A DNA stretch of 40,000 nt, from NCBI RefSeq assembly GCF_003180995.1, contig NZ_CP029579.1; one strand, given 5' to 3'. The stretch is from Escherichia coli. Its GTDB lineage: Bacteria; Pseudomonadota; Gammaproteobacteria; Enterobacterales; Enterobacteriaceae. The notes beneath the pieces are model-generated. The model saw nothing but the letters and a program-made list of their open reading frames with translations, was not told where the DNA came from and searched no databases. Below, in pieces: positions 9,652-18,456 of the stretch; within the stretch, counting starts at the first letter, position 1, and every line of letters begins with the position of its first letter. Both the position numbers and the translations under genes were made by a program.

Positions 9652-11704
9652 CAAAGTTTTGATAGGGTTAAGGAGTCATCCAGAATTAATAATTCTTGGA
9701 TTAATGGTGATGATTATCGCCATGCTCATAATTCCATTGCCCACCTACTTAATCGATTTTTTGATTGGGCTGAACTTAACATTGGCAATACTTGTGTTTT
9801 TAGGATCATTCTATGTTGATAGGATCTTAAGTTTTTCTTCATTCCCATCAATTCTTCTCATCACAACGTTATTTCGTTTGGCGCTGGCGATCAGTACCAG
9901 CCGACTTATACTTCTTGAGGCGGACGCCGGAGAAATTATAACGAGTTTTGGTGAATTCGTTATTGGAGATAGCCTGGTAGTTGGTTTTGTTATTTTCTCC
10001 ATTGTTACTATTGTTCAGTTTATCGTGATTACTAAAGGTTCGGAACGTGTGGCTGAAGTTGCTGCCCGCTTTTCGCTTGACGGTATGCCAGGTAAACAAA
10101 TGAGTATTGACGCCGATCTACGCGCCGGGATCATTGATGCAGATTTAGCAAAAGAACGTCGTAGCGTATTAGAACGAGAGAGTCAGCTGTATGGTTCCTT
10201 TGATGGTGCGATGAAATTTATCAAAGGTGATGCTATTGCAAACATTATTATTATCTTTGTTAATATTATCGGTGGGCTATCAGTAGGAGTAGGCCAAAAT
10301 GGAATGGATTTCTCGACAGCGTTGACCGTCTACACAATTCTTACCGTCGGTGATGGTCTTGTTTCACAAATTCCAGCTTTATTAATTGCTATTAGTGCAG
10401 GGTTTATCGTAACGCGCGTGAATGGCGATAGTGATAATATGGGGCAAAATATAATGTCCCAGTTATTAAGTAATTCTTTTGTCATTATTGTGACATGTGT
10501 CCTCGCGCTAAGTATTGGGTTGCTTCCAGGTTTTCCCCTTCTTGTGTTTTTATGTTTGGCAGTAATCTTAGGAATTTATTTTTACTTTAAATTCAAAAAG
10601 AAAGGGGTTGAAGAAACGGTTGTTGAGGGAGATATCACCGTTGGGTTGGAACCCTATAATCAGGATGATGATATTTCATTAGGTATTATTAATAAACTTG
10701 ATCAGGTTATTACCGAAACGGTACCCTTGGTTTTGATTATGAATAGTGTACAGGCTAAAAAATACACTGAAATCAATCTTGCTGATAGGATTCGTAGTCA
10801 GTTTTTTATTGAGTATGGTATCCGTATTCCCGGTATTGTCATTCGCGAGGGGGAAGGCCTTAATGATGAAGATGTCATATTAATGCTAAATGAAGTCAGA
10901 GCCTCGCAATTTAAAATTTATCATGATCTCGTCTTGTTGGTTGAATATTCAGATGAAGTGGTTTCGACTTTGATCAAGAAACCTATCATCGTAAATAGTA
11001 ATGGTGAACAATATTATTGGGTTACAAAAAGTGATGCCCAAAAATTAACAAAAATTGGCTGTTATACTCGCACGGCCATGGATGAAATGTACAATCATTT
11101 ATCTGTATGTCTGGCGCATAATATTAATGAGTATTTTGGTATACAAGAAACCAAATATATTCTTGATCAATTAGAGATGAAGTATCCTGATCTATTAAAA
11201 GAAATATTAAGATATATAACCGTGCAGCGCATTTCAGAGGTAATTCAGCGTCTGATCCAGGAGCGAATTTCAGTGCGCAATATGCGTTTAGTTATGGAGG
11301 CTTTAGCATTATGGAGCCCACGGGAGAAAGATATAATTACACTCGTCGAGCATGTACGAGGTGCATTAGGTCGCTACATTTGCCATAAGTTTTCATATTC
11401 TGGAGAAATTAAAGCAATTGTGATTTCGCCTGAAATAGAGGACAGAATCAGAGATGGTGTCAGGCCTACCGCTGGCGGTACTTTTCTTAATCTCGATGCA
11501 TCCGAAGCTGAGATGATTCTGGATAATTTTAAACTGGCTCTTTCTGGAATCAATATTCCTATTAAAGACATTATTTTACTGGGATCTGTGGATATTCGTC
11601 GTTTTATCAAAAAACTTATTGAATCTAGTTATCGAGACCTCGAAGTACTTTCGTACGGGGAACTAACGGAAAATGTTCCCGTTAATATTCTGAAAACTAT
11701 TTAG
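9644..11704 (+). CDS. eivA: T3SS export-gate major subunit (SctV / InvA homologue)
   Basis: 686 aa. The N-terminal polytopic FHIPEP-type region is [34 protein letters not shown]...FIKGDAIA, followed by a large cytoplasmic C-domain. The length is nearly the same as InvA. Confidence 0.95.
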   Translation: MFNKVLIGLRSHPELIILGLMVMIIAMLIIPLPTYLIDFLIGLNLTLAILVFLGSFYVDRILSFSSFPSILLITTLFRLALAISTSRLILLEADAGEIITSFGEFVIGDSLVVGFVIFSIVTIVQFIVITKGSERVAEVAARFSLDGMPGKQMSIDADLRAGIIDADLAKERRSVLERESQLYGSFDGAMKFIKGDAIANIIIIFVNIIGGLSVGVGQNGMDFSTALTVYTILTVGDGLVSQIPALLIAISAGFIVTRVNGDSDNMGQNIMSQLLSNSFVIIVTCVLALSIGLLPGFPLLVFLCLAVILGIYFYFKFKKKGVEETVVEGDITVGLEPYNQDDDISLGIINKLDQVITETVPLVLIMNSVQAKKYTEINLADRIRSQFFIEYGIRIPGIVIREGEGLNDEDVILMLNEVRASQFKIYHDLVLLVEYSDEVVSTLIKKPIIVNSNGEQYYWVTKSDAQKLTKIGCYTRTAMDEMYNHLSVCLAHNINEYFGIQETKYILDQLEMKYPDLLKEILRYITVQRISEVIQRLIQERISVRNMRLVMEALALWSPREKDIITLVEHVRGALGRYICHKFSYSGEIKAIVISPEIEDRIRDGVRPTAGGTFLNLDASEAEMILDNFKLALSGINIPIKDIILLGSVDIRRFIKKLIESSYRDLEVLSYGELTENVPVNILKTI

Positions 11705-11735
11705 GATAATGTCTTGCGATATGGAGCATGCTGGT

Positions 11736-13028
11736 ATGAAAAAATTAAAACTATTAAATAAATACAGCTACTTACATAGCATAAACGGCTCGCTGATTGA
11801 AGCAGAGCTTGACGACGTTTCAGTGGGCGAAGTATGCGAAATTTATGCGAGCTGGCAAGCAAATGAACGTATAGCCAGGGCTCAGGTCGTTGGCTTTCGC
11901 AATGGAAAGACATTATTAAACCTTATAGGCAGCTCTGTGGGGCTTACACGTACTGCAGTTTTGAAACCAACGGGAGAGCAGTTAACCATACAGATCAGTG
12001 ATGCCTTTCTTGGTTCAGTTTTGAATGCTTCTGGTCAAATTATGGAAAGGTTTGTCCCGGACACTCCAGGCGATAGGGGAAATTTACGCCTGATTGATGA
12101 ACTGCCACCGTCGTATCAGGAGCGTCGAGTTATTAATACACCACTAGAGACACGGATAAGAGTCATTGATGGCGTACTGACATGTGGCATTGGTCAACGT
12201 GTTGGGATTTTTGCATCAGCTGGCTGTGGCAAAACGGTTTTAATGCATATGCTTGTAAACAACACTGAAGCTGATGTGTTTGTTATTGGCTTGATTGGCG
12301 AACGTGGAAGGGAAGTTACGGAATGCGCGGAATCGCTGAAAAAATCAGTAAATGCAGCAAAATGTGTTTTGGTTTATGCCACCTCTGATTTTTCGTCAGT
12401 AGATCGGTGTAATGCCGCCCTGATGGCGACAACCGTGGCAGAGTATTTTAGAGATCGAGGAAAGAGAGTTGTACTTTTTATCGACTCAATGACGCGGTAT
12501 GCACGAGCACTACGTGATATGAAACTGGCAGCGGGTGAACCACCTGCCAGACGTGGTTATCCTGCTTCTGTTTTTGACAGTTTGCCTCGCTTACTGGAGA
12601 GGCCGGGACCAACACTAAAAGGAAGTATTACTGCGTTTTATACCGTATTACTGGAGGGGGAGGATGAATCAGACCCACTGGGTGATGAAATTCGCTCAAT
12701 CCTTGATGGCCATATCTATCTAAGTCGCAAACTCGCTGGGCAAGGTCATTATCCGGCAATAGATGTTCTAAAAAGTGTGAGTCGAGTATTTGGTCAGGTC
12801 ACTGATGAAAAACACAGAGATAATGCTGCACGGGTAAGGAAGATCCTCACAACTTTGGAAGATCTACAGGTGTTTATTGATTTAGGGGAATATCGCGCTG
12901 GGCAAAATGCTGAAAATGATTTTGCTATGAATGCCCGGCCTAAACTCACAAATTGGTTAAAACAGTCAGTTAATGAAAAAATGCCAATGAGTGAAACGCT
13001 AAAAGAGCTTGAACGAATTGTTAAGTAA
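11736..13028 (+). CDS. eivC: T3SS ATPase (SctN / InvC homologue)
   Basis: Walker A is [11 protein letters not shown] and Walker B is [13 protein letters not shown]. The stretch [18 protein letters not shown]...[30 protein letters not shown] is near-identical in pattern to InvC. GGAG lies 9 nt before ATG 11736; ATG 11709 and 11721 are alternative starts. Confidence 0.93.
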   Translation: MKKLKLLNKYSYLHSINGSLIEAELDDVSVGEVCEIYASWQANERIARAQVVGFRNGKTLLNLIGSSVGLTRTAVLKPTGEQLTIQISDAFLGSVLNASGQIMERFVPDTPGDRGNLRLIDELPPSYQERRVINTPLETRIRVIDGVLTCGIGQRVGIFASAGCGKTVLMHMLVNNTEADVFVIGLIGERGREVTECAESLKKSVNAAKCVLVYATSDFSSVDRCNAALMATTVAEYFRDRGKRVVLFIDSMTRYARALRDMKLAAGEPPARRGYPASVFDSLPRLLERPGPTLKGSITAFYTVLLEGEDESDPLGDEIRSILDGHIYLSRKLAGQGHYPAIDVLKSVSRVFGQVTDEKHRDNAARVRKILTTLEDLQVFIDLGEYRAGQNAENDFAMNARPKLTNWLKQSVNEKMPMSETLKELERIVK

Positions 13029-13476
13029 AGTTAATCGACTTATCAGAAGAACAGCGCAGAGCCTGGCTGCATGTGAAGCATCATTACAAAAGTTAAATGC
13101 AGAAAAAGAAAAGTTAGCCGAAAAGGAACGCCTGTATGATATGCAACTTAAAAACCTACAGTCACTGTTAGATATGAAAGAGTTACTCGGCGAAGTTGTA
13201 TTTCGACAGGATATATTTTACTCGTTACGTAAAGTTGCAGTCATTCAGCAGCAGATCGCTGAGATAAATCTTGAAAAGCAAAAAATAGCAGAGCGGCGAA
13301 AAATACTTAACAAGGAAATAGTTCAACAGCAAGCACAAAGAAAACACTGGTGGCTAAAAGGAGAAAAGTACGATCGACTAAAGAAGCGCATCAAAAAACA
13401 ACTTTTAAATCAGATGCTTTATCAAGACGAGCTTGAACAGGAGGAGAAATATAATGGACGAAGTCAAGAAAATTGA
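13009..13476 (+). CDS. eivI: T3SS stalk protein (SctO / InvI-SpaM family)
   Basis: The 155-aa protein is highly charged with coiled-coil character. It sits directly after the ATPase gene, and its start overlaps the eivC 3' end by 20 nt. Confidence 0.8.
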   Translation: MNELLSKVNRLIRRTAQSLAACEASLQKLNAEKEKLAEKERLYDMQLKNLQSLLDMKELLGEVVFRQDIFYSLRKVAVIQQQIAEINLEKQKIAERRKILNKEIVQQQAQRKHWWLKGEKYDRLKKRIKKQLLNQMLYQDELEQEEKYNGRSQEN

Positions 13477-14329
13477 ACACTGTAAAATTTTAAACACAGA
13501 CACACCCGATAATTCTGCTTCAGATTTAGACAGTTTCTTAAAGAAAAACAAAAAAAATAAAGAAATGAGTGAGATTGTCGCTGGAACCATTCTCCAGTTA
13601 TTACGTCAGACTCAGGATAGCCAATTTTCTACGTTGGGGAAAAAAAATGGGCACATGGAGTCTATTGACAACAAATCATCTCTCCAGGTTGACAGGAATC
13701 CATCTCTTTCTTTGCAAACAAATGGAACAGAGAAATTTTCTACAAAGAAAATTCTCAATATGACTTCACGAGATCAGGGGAATGATTCTGAACCATCTAA
13801 TAAAACGATACAATTTAAGGAAAAAATCCATAATGGTATCCATACAGAATACATCACAGATCAAAAACACAGTAATAATAAAGATCGTGAAAAAAAATAC
13901 CGCGATGGAGACAAAATAAATGGACCGCAGGCCCATTCATTAGACATTACTAACGAAAGAAGGTTTGCTGATAACAGAACCATGTTTACTCAACATATCG
14001 AAAAGCAAAGGAATGTTCATACGCTCAATCAGAATGATATAAATAATTCTGCTAATAATGCCAATGTGCGCGAAAATGAATTGACATATCAGTTTCAGCG
14101 TTGGGGACAAAATCATACAGTCCGGATTCTGGAAAGTAGTGAAGGGATACGACTAAAACCATCAGACACACTTGTCTCCGACAGACTCCATGAAGCCCAA
14201 CACAATGATGTTACAGCACAACGCTGGGTATTGACTGAGCAAGATGAACGACAAGGGCAACGACATCAGCCTCATGATGAGCAAGAAAATGAAGGTAAAT
14301 TCGAAAACAATCAGAAGGACGAAAGTTAA
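13454..14329 (+). CDS. eivJ: T3SS needle-length regulator / substrate-specificity switch (SctP / InvJ-SpaN family)
   Basis: A strong SD AGGAGGAG lies upstream of ATG 13454, inside the eivI 3' end. The 291-aa protein is N/Q/K/D/H-rich and low in complexity, with a more ordered C-terminal region (LTYQFQRWGQNHTVRILESSEGIRLKPSD) as expected for a T3S4 domain. It is syntenic with invJ. Confidence 0.75.
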   Translation: MDEVKKIEHCKILNTDTPDNSASDLDSFLKKNKKNKEMSEIVAGTILQLLRQTQDSQFSTLGKKNGHMESIDNKSSLQVDRNPSLSLQTNGTEKFSTKKILNMTSRDQGNDSEPSNKTIQFKEKIHNGIHTEYITDQKHSNNKDREKKYRDGDKINGPQAHSLDITNERRFADNRTMFTQHIEKQRNVHTLNQNDINNSANNANVRENELTYQFQRWGQNHTVRILESSEGIRLKPSDTLVSDRLHEAQHNDVTAQRWVLTEQDERQGQRHQPHDEQENEGKFENNQKDES

Positions 14330-15276
14330 TGTTCGGCCTGAGAAAAGTAAATGGAAACACTCATTCCTTTGAAACCACTTTTCAAAACTGGAAAGAAAAT
14401 GGTGAAGATGTTGCGTTATTAATGCCCGAATTTAGCGCCAAATGGCTACCGATAGCAGAAGAGAGCGGCAGCTGGTCTGGATGGGTGTTACTTCGAGAGT
14501 TATTTCCCTTAATTTCTGCCGAGCTCGCTGGGATGGCTTTAATGCCAGAAACGGAAAGGTTAATAGTGGAATGGCTCAGTTTATCTAGTACCCCGTTAAA
14601 TCTAAAGTATCCTGAACTAAAATATAATCGTTTGTGTGTCGGTAAAGTATTTGATGGAGTATTGAGTCCAGCTCAACCACTGATAAGAATATGGACAGGG
14701 GAATTAAATATTTGGTTAGATAAAGTCACAGTCTGCCAATACGAAAACGCTCCAACGCTAGACAAAAAATCATTATATTGGCCCATTCATTTTGTAATTG
14801 GATTTAGTAAAACATGTTATAGAACCATTGTTGATATTGAAGTTGGTGATGTTTTATTAATTTCAAATAATTTTGCTTATGCGGTTATTTATAATACAAA
14901 GATTTGTGATTTAATTTATCCAGAGGAGTTAAAAATGGTTGATCATTTTGAGTACGAGGAAGATTTTGAAACAGATGACTTTGATATCAAAAAAAGCGAA
15001 ATCGAGATTAATGATGAAAATGACTATCAGCAGATTAATAGTTTTGAAGACCTGCCTGTAAAAATTGAGTTTGTTCTTGGTAAGAAAATAATGAATCTAT
15101 ATGAAATAGACGATCTCTGTGCAAAAAGAATTATATCTTTGCTTCCTGAAGCGGAGAAAAATATAGAGATACGTGTAAATGGCGCGCTAACTGGCTATGG
15201 CGAACTTGTTGAAGTGGATGATAAATTGGGCGTAGAAATTCATTCTTGGTTATCAGGGAATAATAATGTCAAATAG
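14329..15276 (+). CDS. epaO: T3SS sorting-platform / C-ring protein (SctQ / SpaO homologue)
   Basis: 315 aa. The C-terminal FliN/SPOA-like segment is LPVKIEFVLGKKIMNLYEIDDLCAKRIISL...IEIRVNGALTGYGELVEVDDKLGVEI. The junction with eivJ is TAATG. Confidence 0.9.
   Translation: MFGLRKVNGNTHSFETTFQNWKENGEDVALLMPEFSAKWLPIAEESGSWSGWVLLRELFPLISAELAGMALMPETERLIVEWLSLSSTPLNLKYPELKYNRLCVGKVFDGVLSPAQPLIRIWTGELNIWLDKVTVCQYENAPTLDKKSLYWPIHFVIGFSKTCYRTIVDIEVGDVLLISNNFAYAVIYNTKICDLIYPEELKMVDHFEYEEDFETDDFDIKKSEIEINDENDYQQINSFEDLPVKIEFVLGKKIMNLYEIDDLCAKRIISLLPEAEKNIEIRVNGALTGYGELVEVDDKLGVEIHSWLSGNNNVK
14935..15276 (+). CDS. Predicted internally initiated C-terminal SctQ fragment (EpaO-C, 113 aa)
   Basis: The in-frame ATG at 14935 (codon 203 of epaO) is preceded by GAGGAG at 14924-14929 with 5-nt spacing. 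The product covers the SPOA domain. Confidence 0.45.
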   Translation: MVDHFEYEEDFETDDFDIKKSEIEINDENDYQQINSFEDLPVKIEFVLGKKIMNLYEIDDLCAKRIISLLPEAEKNIEIRVNGALTGYGELVEVDDKLGVEIHSWLSGNNNVK

Positions 15277-15931
15277 CATTTCGCTGATAGCGATATTATC
15301 ATTATTCACACTATTACCGTTTATAATAGCATCCGGGACATGTTTTATTAAATTCTCGATTGTTTTTGTTATTGTCCGAAACGCTTTGGGACTTCAGCAA
15401 GTGCCATCAAATATGACACTTAATGGGGTAGCTTTGCTATTGTCAATGTTCGTAATGATGCCGGTTGGGAAGGAAATATATAATAACAGTCAGAATGAGA
15501 ATCTTTCATTCAATAATGTTGCGTCGGTTGTTAATTTTGTTGAGACAGGCATGAGTGGTTATAAATCATATTTGATAAAATATTCTGAACCGGAGTTGGT
15601 TAGCTTTTTTGAAAAGATTCAGAAGGTGAATAGTTCTGAAGACAATGAAGAGATAATCGATGATGATAATATTTCAATTTTCTCGTTACTCCCGGCATAT
15701 GCGTTGAGTGAGATAAAAAGTGCATTTATTATAGGTTTTTATATTTATTTACCCTTTGTTGTAGTTGATCTGGTTATATCCAGCGTTCTGTTAACGTTAG
15801 GTATGATGATGATGAGTCCGGTAACCATATCTACACCGATAAAATTAATTCTGTTTGTCGCGATGGACGGTTGGACAATGTTATCGAAAGGACTCATTTT
15901 ACAATATTTTGACCTATCCATTAATCCCTGA
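15266..15931 (+). CDS. epaP: T3SS export-apparatus protein SctR (SpaP homologue)
   Basis: 221 aa. MSNSISLIAILSLFTLLPFIIASGTCFIKFSIVFVIVRNALGLQQVPSNMTLNGVALLLSMFVM and LPAYALSEIKSAFIIGFYIYLPFVVVDLVISSVLLTLGMMMMSPVTISTPIKL are near-colinear with SpaP/FliP. Confidence 0.95.
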   Translation: MSNSISLIAILSLFTLLPFIIASGTCFIKFSIVFVIVRNALGLQQVPSNMTLNGVALLLSMFVMMPVGKEIYNNSQNENLSFNNVASVVNFVETGMSGYKSYLIKYSEPELVSFFEKIQKVNSSEDNEEIIDDDNISIFSLLPAYALSEIKSAFIIGFYIYLPFVVVDLVISSVLLTLGMMMMSPVTISTPIKLILFVAMDGWTMLSKGLILQYFDLSINP

Positions 15932-15940
15932 GGAAAAAAT

Positions 15941-16201
15941 ATGGACGACATTGTTTTTGCGGGGAATAGGGCGCTGTATCTGATTTTAGTTATGTCTGCA
16001 GGACCTATTGCAGTTGCGACATTTGTTGGTTTATTGGTAGGGCTTTTTCAAACGGTAACACAGTTGCAAGAACAGACGTTGCCATTTGGCGTCAAATTAT
16101 TGTGCGTAAGTATTTGCTTTTTTTTAATGAGCGGATGGTATGGTGAAAAATTATATTCGTTTGGTATCGAAATGCTGAATTTAGCATTCGCGAGAGGATA
16201 G
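15941..16201 (+). CDS. epaQ: T3SS export-apparatus protein SctS (SpaQ homologue)
   Basis: 86-aa two-TM protein (same length as SpaQ) of the FliQ family, with the motif [20 protein letters not shown]. Confidence 0.93.
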   Translation: MDDIVFAGNRALYLILVMSAGPIAVATFVGLLVGLFQTVTQLQEQTLPFGVKLLCVSICFFLMSGWYGEKLYSFGIEMLNLAFARG

Positions 16202-16202
16202 C

Positions 16203-16970
16203 ATGGGGGAGGCGATGCTCTATCAGTTGCATAGTCTGCTGGCTGCTACAGCGCTCGGTTTTTGCCGATTGGCACCAACTTTCTATTTGTTACCATTTTT
16301 CGCCAGTGGGAATATACCAACAGTAGTCCGTCATCCAATAATAATAGTGGTATCATGTGCATTAGTTCAGCATTACCACTATGAATTATCTACCCTAAAT
16401 GAAATAGATATCGCTTTGTTTGCTGCCAGAGAAATTATCATAGGGTTGTTTATTGCTTGCTTATTAGCATCCCCATTTTGGATTTTCCTTGCTATAGGTA
16501 GCTTTATCGATAACCAACGTGGTGCAACGTTAAGTAGTACTTTGGATCCGGCTACAGGTGTCGATACATCGGAATTAGCAAGATTATTTAACCTTTTCTC
16601 TGCAGCAGTTTATCTTACTAACGGTGGATTGAACTTTATTCTGGAGACTCTATGGCAAAGTTATAACTTATGGCCTTCAGGAAATTTTAATTTTCCTAAA
16701 TTAGAGCCTTTATTCTCATATATTAATAATATAATGACTCATACTATCGTTTACGCAAGCCCCGTGATTGCGGTTATGCTGGGCGGTGAAGCTGTCCTGG
16801 GATTGCTGGCACGTTATGCTTCACAACTAAATGCTTTTGCCATCTCACTGACTGTCAAAAGTGCGCTGGCATTTTTAATATTAATTATTTATTTTGGCCC
16901 AATACTGGCTGAACGAGTTATGCCGTTATCCTTTTTCCCAGAACAATTGCAATTATACATTGATAAATAG
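16203..16970 (+). CDS. epaR: T3SS export-apparatus protein SctT (SpaR homologue), apparently intact
   Basis: 255-aa polytopic protein of the FliR family, with the motif FIDNQRGATLSSTLDPATGVDTSELARLFNLF. The start is ATG 16203 (SD GAGAGGA) or ATG 16215. Confidence 0.92.
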   Translation: MGEAMLYQLHSLLAATALGFCRLAPTFYLLPFFASGNIPTVVRHPIIIVVSCALVQHYHYELSTLNEIDIALFAAREIIIGLFIACLLASPFWIFLAIGSFIDNQRGATLSSTLDPATGVDTSELARLFNLFSAAVYLTNGGLNFILETLWQSYNLWPSGNFNFPKLEPLFSYINNIMTHTIVYASPVIAVMLGGEAVLGLLARYASQLNAFAISLTVKSALAFLILIIYFGPILAERVMPLSFFPEQLQLYIDK

Positions 16971-16978
16971 AGTGTTTC

Positions 16979-18091
16979 ACGGCAAATAAAACTGAAAAGC
17001 CAACACAAAAGAAACTCCAGGATGCTTCTAAAAAAGGTCAAATTCTAAAAAGTAGAGACTTAACAGTCTGTGTAATAATGCTTGTGGGTACTTTATATCT
17101 CGGATATGTATTTGATGTGCATCACATTATGTCGATTCTTGAATATATCCTTGATCATAACGCTAAACCGGATATTTGGGACTATTTTAAAGCTATGGGG
17201 ATAGGTTGGTTGAAAACGATCATTCCTTTTTTGCTGGTTTGTATGTTTACAACAATACTTGTTTCATGGTTTCAAAGTAAAATGCAATTAGCAACTGAAG
17301 CTATTAAGTTTAAGTTTGATTCATTAAATCCAGTAAATGGCTTAAAACGTATATTTGGCTTAAAAACCGTAAAAGAATTTGTTAAAGCAATACTTTATAT
17401 TATTTTTTTTGCATTGGCGATCAAATTATTTTGGAGTAACCATAAATCACTGCTTTTTAAAACTCTTGATGGAGATATCATTTCTTTATTATCAGATTGG
17501 GGAGAGATGCTATTCCTTCTCATACTGTATTGCCTCGGCAGTATGATAATTGTCTTAATTTTTGATTTTATCGCTGAATATTTTTTATTTATGAAAGATA
17601 TGAAAATGGATAAACAAGAAGTTAAAAGAGAATACAAGGAACAAGAAGGAAGTCCAGAAATTAAATCTAAACGCAGAGAACGCCATCAAGAAATTCTGTC
17701 AGAGCAATTGAAATCTGATGTCAGTAATAGCCGTCTGATGATTGCCAACCCTACGCACATTGCCATAGGGATATACTTTAAGCCACATCTTTCACCTATA
17801 CCATTGATTTCTGTGAGAGAAACTAATGAGGTAGCATTAGCCGTAAGGAAATATGCAAAGGAAATCGGAATACCAATTATTACAGATAAAAAATTAGCAC
17901 GAAAAATTTATGCTACCCATCGTCGCTACGATTATGTTAGCTTCGAAAATATAGATGAGATCTTGCGTCTTCTGCTGTGGCTTGAAGATGTGGAGAATGC
18001 TGGACAACCTGTTCCAGATGAACTGCTCCCCTCAGAAGATAAATTCAAAGAAGGTGAAGACACAAAAAGTGAGAATAAAGACAATAATTAA
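16979..18091 (+). CDS. epaS: T3SS autoprotease / switch protein SctU (SpaS-Spa40 homologue) lacking a canonical start codon (possible pseudogene)
   Basis: The reading frame is open from 16967. It encodes the conserved SctU N-terminus (T)ANKTEKPTQKKLQDASKKGQILKSRDL upstream of the first ATG (17078). The codon aligned with the initiator Met is ACG (16979-16981). The NPTH autocleavage site is present at 17747-17758, and the rest of the gene is intact. Confidence 0.85.
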   Translation, partial: TANKTEKPTQKKLQDASKKGQILKSRDLTVCVIMLVGTLYLGYVFDVHHIMSILEYILDHNAKPDIWDYFKAMGIGWLKTIIPFLLVCMFTTILVSWFQSKMQLATEAIKFKFDSLNPVNGLKRIFGLKTVKEFVKAILYIIFFALAIKLFWSNHKSLLFKTLDGDIISLLSDWGEMLFLLILYCLGSMIIVLIFDFIAEYFLFMKDMKMDKQEVKREYKEQEGSPEIKSKRRERHQEILSEQLKSDVSNSRLMIANPTHIAIGIYFKPHLSPIPLISVRETNEVALAVRKYAKEIGIPIITDKKLARKIYATHRRYDYVSFENIDEILRLLLWLEDVENAGQPVPDELLPSEDKFKEGEDTKSENKDNN

Positions 18092-18123
18092 AAAAATTAA
18101 ACATCTATCATAGTCGGAAATTT

Positions 18124-18160
18124 ATAAGAATCTACACGCAAAAAGCGTGTAGATTCTTAT
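18124..18160. terminator. Bidirectional intrinsic terminator between convergent epaS and the small lipoprotein gene
   Basis: A perfect 16-bp stem, ATAAGAATCTACACGC (18124-18139) / GCGTGTAGATTCTTAT (18145-18160), with loop AAAAA and T/A-rich flanks on both sides. Confidence 0.8.
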
Positions 18161-18455
18161 TTAATGTGTTAAACGATCTTGCGAAATGACAAGCAATTGA
18201 TACATACTCATCTCTTTATAAGCTGGAACAGTAGTAACCTGCGCAAATTCGCGATATAGCTTCTGCTCTAGTTCTGCTGATGATATATATTCCGGGTGTT
18301 CGCTAAAGAACTGTCTTGCATCTACTATCGCTTGAGATTCGCCACTTATTTTATTCTGAGTATCCTTTAATGAATTTTCTCTGGTGCATGCAGAGAGCAA
18401 CGATATCAGCGCTACAGTTATTATGATTTTACTATTATATCATTACTAATGACAT
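18161..18455 (-). pseudogene. Small lipoprotein, candidate InvH-like pilotin, with a 1-nt frame break in the signal-peptide region
   Basis: ATG at 18455-18453 lies 2 nt after the etrA stop (TGATATG) and reads MSLVMI then stop. One nt out of frame, the sequence reads YNSKIIITVALISLLSAC (lipobox LSAC) and continues through ORF 18161-18400. The C-terminal part, FFSEHPEY...LYREF...MYQLLVISQDRL, resembles the InvH C-terminus as I recall it. Confidence 0.5.
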
Positions 18456-18456
18456 A

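Noticed and set aside
16964-17080. Programmed ribosomal frameshift or stop-codon read-through from epaR into epaS as the explanation for the missing start
   Set aside because: epaR ends with TAG in a different frame from epaS. I see no slippery heptamer or downstream stimulatory structure, and no SctT-SctU fusion is known. A start-codon point mutation or a 1-nt indel is the simpler explanation.
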